In this document: piece after piece, positions 9,101 through 15,209 of the stretch
How positions within the stretch are numbered: the stretch's first letter is position 1
How the letters are laid out: every line of letters begins with the position of its first letter
Virus record (IMG/VR): IMGVR_UViG_3300012921_000049
Span: 1-42,450 of that record
Length of the DNA stretch: 42,450 nucleotides
Reading direction: 5' to 3' (one strand)
Origin: a virus
Lineage: Duplodnaviria > Caudoviricetes
Notes under the pieces: model-generated
Told to the model about the DNA's origin: nothing
Database searches by the model: none
What the model saw: only the letters and a program-made list of their open reading frames with translations
Position numbers and translations under genes: made by a program

Positions 9101-9614
9101 CGGCCACATCGTCCCTGGGCTGAAGTGTGATTTCCTTGATCCCAACCTCGTTGTCGCGCAGGTATTGGGCCACGGCTTCGCGGGTCACAGTCCCTTGCTG
9201 TACCGAGAGCCAGTCCGACACCCCGGACCAATCGATCTCTTCCTGCTTGACGCCCTTCTGGGTCAGGTTGCGGATCGAGGCGGCCCATTGCTGAGCCGGT
9301 GCCTTGGGCTGCGGCATGGCCTCTACGGCCCGGGTCATGGCCGAATAGAACGGCTTGGCCGGCGCTTCGCGCTGGAATTTGGTCTTGGCCCGATCACGCT
9401 TTGCCGTGGCGGGCGCCGGAGCGCGGCGCGACGGCGCGGGATTGGCATTGAGGAACGCCACATCTTCCCGGGTCAGCTCGCCCGTGCCGGCCGCCACCTT
9501 GGCCCGGATCTCCGCCTTGCGGGCTTCGATCTGGTCAGGGCTCATCAAGGCATCCGCCGGCGGACTGTCAGGCAACTCCGCCGGCGGCGCCTCGACAGGG
9601 GCCGCTTCCGTCAT
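3105..9614 (-). CDS. Large polyvalent virion/ejection protein, C-terminal part (EEIQSD domain, LPD3-like, HExxH zincin-like, PLxRFG/LPD38-39-like C-terminus)
   Basis: 2169-aa ORF. Motifs FIEEIQSDW (~8680), HEAIH..EEAVAE (~6945), GYVPFMRYGD (~5215), AERFNRLATF..LLQFKGF. In frame with the upstream ORF across one TAG. Confidence 0.85.
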   Translation of the reverse strand: MTEAAPVEAPPAELPDSPPADALMSPDQIEARKAEIRAKVAAGTGELTREDVAFLNANPAPSRRAPAPATAKRDRAKTKFQREAPAKPFYSAMTRAVEAMPQPKAPAQQWAASIRNLTQKGVKQEEIDWSGVSDWLSVQQGTVTREAVAQYLRDNEVGIKEITLQPRDDVAVREYHELSEKLWRRMSEDERSAYRKTAGQRPSLFDSYTLPGGKEYRELLLTMPEKKTTKRYRVEGDGPGTYIVDQETGSRQFAGNYGDARRRVEEMNAQASGRPAQFVSGHFDTPNILAHIRFNERTDADGRRVLFIEEIQSDWHQAGRKKGYRSDEAKLKAAYDAAIEAQAKTRTDAPGYAEAEQATREAMRAWMGATASVPDAPLKSTWHEAAFRRAVRWAAENGFDRIAWTTGDQQADRYDLSKQINAIDYAKSANGETVSINAYRRVGDGMLRNVFSRANTPVGDVEGILGKDLAKKISDDEGSIDSQTGYTRLGGVDLKVGGDGMRGFYDKILPAYAAKWGKRFGAGVNRAEVSAGAPDPRPWKARDDTDPSGVIEAEFKTRAEADAWAEENGGVRITHEPGGTVQAHAMEITPAMRDAVLQGVPLFQREGQSGQPEIKTGDDLPVAARLTGTELGAPAEDLRGLLEQARTWYAANLIGTRVTASDGRTIGFDNRGTRKSTGRIGEHLARAIPAIPAVLEKGVLIGSEPDRDGADRIKAWHKYAARVMIGETPVDVVVTVRELPDGTFHYSLNRWDDAAGPRAQGPEGGSTVKAERLTPWNGRPDDVWSIAEFRPGDNIASGPVRRVLAPDLSGEYSLAPEWQAKRESVARLTGGALARMTGRPGLRVEVADRLLGRGPDGSTTGVSGAFAPIENLVALSLTAPDPLATARHEAIHVLRETGLLDQARWAVLERAAAEQGWIEKHGIAARYPDLSQEARLEEAVAEEFASRGAAPARGVAAVFAKIKEFLAELRAILTKAFGRTPTWADVFRQIETGRVAKSEFPLDDEQPRESAMDVMAQRGGEIYRAAELIAKYAEQSGWSVDRKFGSNLSHSHYIELVRPIAFDEDGDTVDWETLKIRVSDHALPPSYKMQHGEADFEVSPEGSLHQDAHSGDWKDAIAWLAKRSGKELPSVVSRVAKAQATRANNKESKRLSEFYQRLSERLGDFDTQVRAGNITANQSNSGKTWYLKRADNGARLVDVYDTAGPFSQDTAIQRGREKIVAEMGKVLGELTLLSADTPAAAAGVKQQRAKPVPLAEPLSTEKQSILDAALASFKDWRAAPRLPLTRDLTWAERFALHPRMLASTFPAFTRVWRAATAQLQLRDATAAQLSSLLKPYQSLGPQARTRVDAVLELGRLQNETYDGPTIGAVNRHGDTELSRFGERITLSPEEGEAYRSVRATMDKALDLLQEAVLDERGYGGPGGPGSADAMRASIRADMPEIEAQHRNETAQILDEIANAKRTGYVPFMRYGDMGLVVKNKDGEVVHFEKLETDGPFWRRANRSLASGRIARRVAAVRAKYPGHKVSGPFEIAPAAMERAGVSLQDIDVLAASGGADQDSYAQVRDAIDAALRARSFNKHFFGAKNTAGYSVDFERGLADYIVGLSGYLSRRATGREFDDALKAIPPIQAKLRLYAARYRDYVNSPQEEWQKARAITFFYYLAGNISSALVNVTQVPLISMPYLAQIAGMGRANAELIRASADVMKMLSIREKGVEIFDIEKAPSDVRDALRAAWEEGFVVPQQTYEQMATAQGRNKALRGVDDKLRAAAEVAASVFTAAERFNRLATFVATYRLGQDKSVMARAKTVYGRDPLYAGDEKYQTPAGLADWVIDETHLRMGKINRPEAMRGVGSWLLQFKGFTMQMLELFWRLTQNGGPEGRLAFAGIAAMLVAFGGLFGIPAGSDMKDWAERIYKFGTDRDLDIETEIRRGMTRLTGSPLIAEAIVKGLPRAAGIDLSGRIGMGQIAPDSLADSIGVPGELTLGRLQRAANNLKRGDALLAASEFMPQFLRNPMQAVAWSNSGIRSQQTGKVVIPASEIGAADVAMKAVGFTSADIANRRESEYAQQRESRAVAGMQAGYTGKLARLYAEMLVEQDPVKKREAYEAINAVRLEIAEYNKTAPISRRIMISSTTLRARVQEEQIGARARDRGAPKKTRQERSAIAEAYGTP

Positions 9615-9629
9615 GGCGGGCGGCGCGGC

Positions 9630-11543
9630 CTATGGAGGGGAACGGGTGCTGGTGGGGATTTCCTGATAGGCGAGCGGGGCCTTGGTGCGCTTGGGATCGG
9701 CCAGCCACACCTTGAACTCCGGCACGGTCATCTCCGTGATGGCCCCGATGCGGCGCAGCGCGGACCCATCGCTGAACGCCGCCCGGTAGGCGTTGATCGC
9801 GCCGGCCCGGTCGAAGCCGGCCATCACCTTGTGCTCGTCGAATCGGCCCGTGCCGGGATCGATCTGATCGACGATATAGACGCTGGGCGCTTCCAGGCCG
9901 GGGCCCAGGTAGATATCCACCTGATCGCCGTCGAAGCCCTCGCTGCGCTTCACATAGCCGTAATGCGCCGGCATGGTGACGCTCCACGGCTTGCCATCGG
10001 GATCGGTGCCGCGGCGTTCCGAGCCAGCCGGATTCTCGATCGAGAGGTCTAGGCCGTTCCACTTGATATGGGCCTTGCGATAATTGCCGGCCGCCTTCTG
10101 GGCATCGCTCGGCTCTGGCGCGACCCGCTCCAGCGCGGCCTGGTCGATCGCCTCCGGCGTGCTGGGGCGGAGCGGCGCCTGGCGCGAGCCGTCACCGATC
10201 GAACTGCCATCCCCCAGGAAGGGATTGGTATCGACGGGCTGCAGCACGGGTGCCGCAGCGCTGGGCTGCTCCGTAACCAAACCCGATACAGCGGTGTTTT
10301 GCGCAACCGGGGCAGGCTGGACTAAGGGTTGCGGGAAGGCCGGTATCTCATCATCGATCGCGGCGCCGGTCGGCGTGGGCTGCACGGCTGCAGTGGCCGG
10401 TACTGTCGGCGCCACAGGCTCAGATGCGGCTTGGCCAGGGCTGGGCGCGGTTGGCAACGGGTCGGCGTCTGCCTGCTGCTCCTGGGCGTCCTGAGGCACG
10501 TTAGCCGGCAGAGGCCGCTGCAGGCCGCGAGCCCGGCCATAGAGGTTCGCCCCGCCACCCGTGGCACCACCCATGGCGCCGCCCACCACGGCGCCGGCCG
10601 TGGCGGCATTCACCACGCCTTGCCCGGTCGGGATGGTGGCATCGGCGCGCTGCTCGGCCACATTCTGGATCGCCTGTTCGGCCGCGCTCTGGGCGGCCTC
10701 GACCGGCACCTCGGTCGCGGCCCCGATCGCGATGGAGCGGCCCAGCGAGCGCCCGCCGCCCCGCACCAGCGTCTCCATGACGGCGCCGCCCGGCCCGCCC
10801 AGGGCGGCCGTGGCCAGGCCGGTCTTGATGCCGGTCTCGCCCGAGATGCGGCGCGCCAACTCGTCACGCGCCGCCTGGGCGCGTTGGGTCACGGGTAGCG
10901 CTTCGTCCTGCTCGGCCATGATGGCCTGGAATTCTGGCGCGGCCGCGAGCCGGTCGAGCGGCAATTCCCTGACCCGCTTCTCGACCTCGGCCGCGTTCTG
11001 GCCCGCCGTGAGGATACCCTCGGCCGCGCCATAGCCGATCGCACCCGCGAGCCAGGGCGCCACCTTGCCGCCGATCTGCAGCACCTTGGCGCCGGCGCCG
11101 CCCGGCAGCAGGCTGGCCGCCGTGCTGGGCAGGCTGGCCGCCACGTTGAGGCCAATCGCGGCCGGATTGGTCAAGGCTGGGCCGGGTGAATAACCGGTGA
11201 TGCTGTCCGGATTCTCTACTGCGAATTCCTGCGCCATGGCGGCCCGCCCGGCGGGCGACATCCCGGCCCGGGCCTGCTCGGATCGCGACTGGCCGAACTC
11301 GACGATGGCCGGCCCGGTCTCGTCAGCACCGGCCCATTTCGCGAGCTGGCCAACACCGGCCACCGTCTCGAACGCACCTGATTTAATCGCCTGCCAGTAA
11401 TCGGCCAGGCCCACGCCGTCACCCTGGGGCTGGAACGGGTCATGCTCGATCGGCTCCAGTTTCAGCTTGCGCGGCCGCGGTGCTTCGATCGGCGCCGCCG
11501 GGGCGCCGCTGAACGGATCGGTGTCGATCGGGACCAGCTTCAA
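9630..11543 (-). CDS. Large polyvalent ejection protein, N-terminal part, with inorganic-pyrophosphatase-like domain
   Basis: Likely TTG start overlapping the upstream TGA. Gly/Ala helices, then AGNY.K..IENP.GS.R..HYGY..DGD.VD..FDEHKVM.GF, typical of the polyvalent-protein pyrophosphatase domain. Confidence 0.8.
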   Translation of the reverse strand: MKLVPIDTDPFSGAPAAPIEAPRPRKLKLEPIEHDPFQPQGDGVGLADYWQAIKSGAFETVAGVGQLAKWAGADETGPAIVEFGQSRSEQARAGMSPAGRAAMAQEFAVENPDSITGYSPGPALTNPAAIGLNVAASLPSTAASLLPGGAGAKVLQIGGKVAPWLAGAIGYGAAEGILTAGQNAAEVEKRVRELPLDRLAAAPEFQAIMAEQDEALPVTQRAQAARDELARRISGETGIKTGLATAALGGPGGAVMETLVRGGGRSLGRSIAIGAATEVPVEAAQSAAEQAIQNVAEQRADATIPTGQGVVNAATAGAVVGGAMGGATGGGANLYGRARGLQRPLPANVPQDAQEQQADADPLPTAPSPGQAASEPVAPTVPATAAVQPTPTGAAIDDEIPAFPQPLVQPAPVAQNTAVSGLVTEQPSAAAPVLQPVDTNPFLGDGSSIGDGSRQAPLRPSTPEAIDQAALERVAPEPSDAQKAAGNYRKAHIKWNGLDLSIENPAGSERRGTDPDGKPWSVTMPAHYGYVKRSEGFDGDQVDIYLGPGLEAPSVYIVDQIDPGTGRFDEHKVMAGFDRAGAINAYRAAFSDGSALRRIGAITEMTVPEFKVWLADPKRTKAPLAYQEIPTSTRSPP

Positions 11544-13255
11544 TTCTGCACCATCAGGTATTTGCCGGGCCGGGCCGGATCCGGCACATACCACTTACCG
11601 TCCTGCGCCCGGCGGGCGCCTTCCACCGGCGGGGCGTCAGCGCCCGCCGCAGGGCTGGCCTGATCACCACCGAACCGTTTCGCCAGATCGCCCTTGCCCA
11701 GCGCGCCCAGAGTAGCGGTGGCGGCCCGGGTGCCCTTCTCGGGGTCGTAGGTGGTCTGGTAGCCCACGGTCTGGCCCGTGATGGGATCCTTCTTCTCGGA
11801 CGTGACCGAGCCGCCGATCTTGCTGGCCTGCAGGGCGAGCTCCATCGCTTTCTCGTCCGTCACCCCCTTGGTCAGCGGCTGGCCGTCGGCGCCGGACAGC
11901 ACCTTGACCTGGGTCGGGTCGCGTGGGTTCAGGGCGATGAAGTGATCCCCGGCCGGGGTGATGTTGAACGCGGGGTTCTTGACTTCCCATTCCCGCAGCG
12001 CTTGAGCGGAGGCCGCGATATCGACCTGGCGGCCCGTGAGGCCGAGCTGCTTTCGGTTCAAATCCATCTGCTGGGCGAATTGCTGGGCGCGCTGATCCAG
12101 GTTGGCGCGGAACTGAGTATCGCTCTGCGCCATGCCGGCCCGCGCGATCTCTCCGCTCTGCCGGGTCGATTGCTCCTGGTTGGCCACGCCGCGCTCCTGG
12201 ATGGCCCGTACGGCGGCACGATCCGCCTTGGCATCGGCGCGCTCCTTGCGCTGTTCCATGCTGGTGATCGCCGCCAGCCCGCCCTCGCCGATCGCCCCCA
12301 TGGGGGTAACGCCGGGCCGCCCGCCCGCCGCCATGGTGGCCAGGCCGAACCGGAGCAGGTTCTGCAGGGCATCATCGGAGATGCCTTCCAGCATGCCGCC
12401 TGAATTGGTCGCACCGCTTGGCAGGATGCCGTAATCCCCCACCCGCGTCCGGGCCCCGTTGGGCGTCATGCCCGTGGCGGGGACGGTGGCCTGTTCGGCC
12501 GACAGCGCGGGAACATCCATGCCAAACCCAAGCTCGGGCGGCATGGCGGCGGTGGGTGCGAGGGCCGGCGCCGCTGCGGGCCGGGGCTGGCTCACCTGCG
12601 CGGGCAACGGCATGGGCATGGTCTGGCGCACCAGTTCGGTCTCCGGGCCGGGCCGATCCGTGGCGGCCAGCGCGCGGGCGAAGGTATTGCCATAGTCCAC
12701 GGCATTGGTGCGGGCCATGGCGGGGGTCAGCGCGGTAGCGGCGGGCTGGGTCGGGCCGGCCATCTCCTGTTCAGCACTGAGCGGCGGTGCGCGGGTTGGG
12801 CCGGCCTGGGCCATCTCCTGGGCGGCCAGTTCCTCGGGCGACATGCCGGATCGGGCCGCACCGGAGGCAAAGCGGTTGGCCTGCCCGATGCCGCGCAGCC
12901 GGGCCATGGTATCGGGACCGGAGAAGACCGGCAGTTGGGTGGTGTCGCGCGGCACCGCGACGGGCTGCACCGGCATCGGCATGACGCCCTGGTCATTCGC
13001 CGCGGGGCGGATCATCTCGGCGAAACGCTTCAGCGCGCCGGGCGCCGGCGCGGCCGGACCAGCCTGGGCCGGGGTGACAAGGTCGGTCGCCTCGGGCTGG
13101 TAGGCGGGACCCGGCTGGGCTGGAGCCGACATGGCGGCCATGATCTGCTGCCTGATCATGGGATCGGCCCTCACCGATTGCGCGATCTGCTCGGCGGCCT
13201 GGCGATCGCCCGACTTGGCCCGGTCCATCAATTTGCGGATCTGCATGGCATCCAT
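11540..13255 (-). CDS. Putative DNA ejection (internal virion) protein
   Basis: 571 aa, Ala/Gln/Pro-rich; LLRFGLATMA..G.IGEGGL motif; between pilot and giant protein genes. Confidence 0.7.
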   Translation of the reverse strand: MDAMQIRKLMDRAKSGDRQAAEQIAQSVRADPMIRQQIMAAMSAPAQPGPAYQPEATDLVTPAQAGPAAPAPGALKRFAEMIRPAANDQGVMPMPVQPVAVPRDTTQLPVFSGPDTMARLRGIGQANRFASGAARSGMSPEELAAQEMAQAGPTRAPPLSAEQEMAGPTQPAATALTPAMARTNAVDYGNTFARALAATDRPGPETELVRQTMPMPLPAQVSQPRPAAAPALAPTAAMPPELGFGMDVPALSAEQATVPATGMTPNGARTRVGDYGILPSGATNSGGMLEGISDDALQNLLRFGLATMAAGGRPGVTPMGAIGEGGLAAITSMEQRKERADAKADRAAVRAIQERGVANQEQSTRQSGEIARAGMAQSDTQFRANLDQRAQQFAQQMDLNRKQLGLTGRQVDIAASAQALREWEVKNPAFNITPAGDHFIALNPRDPTQVKVLSGADGQPLTKGVTDEKAMELALQASKIGGSVTSEKKDPITGQTVGYQTTYDPEKGTRAATATLGALGKGDLAKRFGGDQASPAAGADAPPVEGARRAQDGKWYVPDPARPGKYLMVQN

Positions 13256-13270
13256 GGCGCGCGCTCCGGG

Positions 13271-14173
13271 TTACGAGAAGGCTTTGGCCAGCATGGCGAG
13301 GCCGGCCGCCCCGGCCCCGACCCCGCCCAGGGTCTGGCCGAACGTGCTGGGCTGGTAAGGCGCCGGCCCGGTGCTGGTGTTGGTCGTGTTGCTCGGGGTG
13401 TTGCTGGTCGCGCCCAGCATCAGGTTGAGCATTTCGATCGGATAGTTCTGCTGGCGCAGGAAGTCGCTCCATTTCAGATCCAGGGCGGCCTGATCCATGC
13501 CCTGCTCCTGGGCGCCGATCTCCGACAAGGCCTGGGCATCGGTAAGGCCCTGCTTCTGGCGCTGGTCGGCCAGCGAGCCGATCTGTGCCGCGGCCGCCAT
13601 CTCGCGGGCCTTGTCGGTGTTGAACTGGGTCGCGCCCTTGTCCCAGGCCTGGGCATAGGTTTGCCCCACGGTGTCGCCGGCCGTTTTCGCGACCTGTTTG
13701 GTGATATCACCCCGCATCACCATGAGGCGGTCCTGCTGGCCAGACCCACGGGTCGCGGCTTGGCGGCCCAACCGGGATTGGGCCTGGGAGCCGGCGGCGA
13801 AGATCGCATCGAGTTGCGGCGCGAGCAGCAATTCCGTGTAGGGATTGACATAATCGGCGATGGTGGCGGCCCGCCCGGTCGGGGCCGTGATGCCGGGCCC
13901 GGCCGCGCCTCGGGTCATGGTTTCGGCCTCGGTCACGCCTGGCTTCCACGCCCCGGTGTTGTTTCGCACCGCCGTCATGGCGGCCTTCTGGTCATTGTTG
14001 AACGCCGCGATGCGCTCATCGTTGTAGGCCGTGTAGGGCCGGGCCGCGATATCCTTGGCGCGTGCGATGTTTTCCTGGCTGGCCTTCTGCAGGTGCTCGG
14101 GCAGCTGGCTCGTGTTGATCACAGTCTGGGTGCCGGACGACTGGCCGGAGCTCGTGCCGCAGAAACTGCCCAT
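13271..14173 (-). CDS. Putative DNA pilot/ejection protein
   Basis: PY..Y...RIA.F..Q, YVNPY, IGAQ.Q...QA.LD motifs and a C-terminal glycine zipper. Confidence 0.75.
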   Translation of the reverse strand: MGSFCGTSSGQSSGTQTVINTSQLPEHLQKASQENIARAKDIAARPYTAYNDERIAAFNNDQKAAMTAVRNNTGAWKPGVTEAETMTRGAAGPGITAPTGRAATIADYVNPYTELLLAPQLDAIFAAGSQAQSRLGRQAATRGSGQQDRLMVMRGDITKQVAKTAGDTVGQTYAQAWDKGATQFNTDKAREMAAAAQIGSLADQRQKQGLTDAQALSEIGAQEQGMDQAALDLKWSDFLRQQNYPIEMLNLMLGATSNTPSNTTNTSTGPAPYQPSTFGQTLGGVGAGAAGLAMLAKAFS

Positions 14174-14175
14174 GG

Positions 14176-14718
14176 CTAACCTCCCCGGGCCTGGGCCGCG
14201 ACTGGTATCGCGGCGGCTGGCCGATAGATGAAGAACGAACCCACGGCCTCAAAGCCGTGGCGTTGATAGAAGATCGATTTGCGCGCCGCATCCCGGCCCG
14301 AGGCAATGCCGAGTACGAGCGGCATGGCGTTGCTATCCGAGACCCGCTTCAGGACATTGAGCAGGCCATAGGCGATCCGGGCCGCGCTGCGCCGCGCCTC
14401 GGGGGCGACATAGATCCAGCGGTCGAACAGGGCTTCCTCGTCGCTGTACCACCAGGCCTGTGCCTCGATACAGGCCGAGCCGACCAGTCGCCCTGGCTCG
14501 GACTCGGCCACCAGCACCATGCAGCCTGGGTCCGACACGCACTGCTGGATCTGCTGGGCCACCTTGGCATGGCTCAGGCTGGCCTGGCCGTTCTCTTCAT
14601 GCATGGCCAGCAGCAGCCGGAACAGCGCCATGGCATCGCCCTGGCCCGCGGCCCGGATCGCCGGATGGGCGATTCCCGGTTGTCGAACCCCTGGTTCGGG
14701 GGTAGCATCCTCAGCCAT
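14176..14718 (-). CDS. GNAT-family acetyltransferase in the virion module
   Basis: GAGGT RBS before ATG 14718; IR.A...D, WIYVAPEARR, FYQRHGF GNAT motifs. Confidence 0.85.
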   Translation of the reverse strand: MAEDATPEPGVRQPGIAHPAIRAAGQGDAMALFRLLLAMHEENGQASLSHAKVAQQIQQCVSDPGCMVLVAESEPGRLVGSACIEAQAWWYSDEEALFDRWIYVAPEARRSAARIAYGLLNVLKRVSDSNAMPLVLGIASGRDAARKSIFYQRHGFEAVGSFFIYRPAAAIPVAAQARGG

Positions 14719-14935
14719 GCGATACCTCGTGATGATCCTGGCGCTTGGCGCCCTTGCCGGCTGCGGCCCCCTGGACGTTGGCCTGGGCGCCTTGAAGGCG
14801 AACGAGGTCACCTACCGGGCCGACCAGGCGAACCGGCGGCAATCGATGATCGATGAGATGCGGGCGCGCGCGGCGGCGGGCGAGTTCGACCACACTAAGC
14901 AGCCCGATGCCGTCACTGTTTCTGACCCTGGTTAG
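14717..14935 (+). CDS. Small lipoprotein 1 (antisense moron)
   Basis: MRYLVMILALGALAG|C lipobox, Cys16; 72 aa. Confidence 0.6.
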   Translation: MRYLVMILALGALAGCGPLDVGLGALKANEVTYRADQANRRQSMIDEMRARAAAGEFDHTKQPDAVTVSDPG

Positions 14936-15145
14936 GCGATTCATGCGATACAAACTTCTCCTGATCTCCGCTCTGGCGCTCACTGGCTGCCTAGAGGCTA
15001 TCGATCACGGCTACAAAGCCCTGACCGTCGTTGGCGGTATCGCGGATACCGAGGAAGGCGCGGGAGCCACCAGCGCTAAGAGCCGGTGCCTGTTTCCGCC
15101 ATATGATCGACCGGGCTGCGGCGGGACCGCTAAGCAGCCCGATGC
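14895..15145 (+). repeat. 16-bp direct repeat CTAAGCAGCCCGATGC at 14895-14910 and 15130-15145
   Basis: Exact match; encodes KQPDA in both lipoproteins; the second copy contains the Hint gene stop codon on the other strand. Confidence 0.85.
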
Positions 15146-15209
15146 TGCACCGGGCGAACCTTCCGCGCCTGAGCCGACCGCGCGTGATCGGCAAACCTCA
15201 CTCCGCTGA
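14943..15209 (+). CDS. Small lipoprotein 2 (antisense moron)
   Basis: MRYKLLLISALALTG|C lipobox, Cys16; 88 aa; the 3' end overlaps the Hint gene. Confidence 0.6.
   Translation: MRYKLLLISALALTGCLEAIDHGYKALTVVGGIADTEEGAGATSAKSRCLFPPYDRPGCGGTAKQPDAAPGEPSAPEPTARDRQTSLR

Noticed and set aside
9630-9632. Genome-wide TAG reassignment (alternative genetic code)
   Set aside because: TAG ends several genes at sensible positions followed closely by the next gene (for example 14176, 19253, 22125, 26066, 30571).
14711-14983. Minus-strand 90-aa ORF filling the gap between the Hint and GNAT genes
   Set aside because: Not protein-like; the plus-strand frames have two clear lipoboxes and explain the region better.
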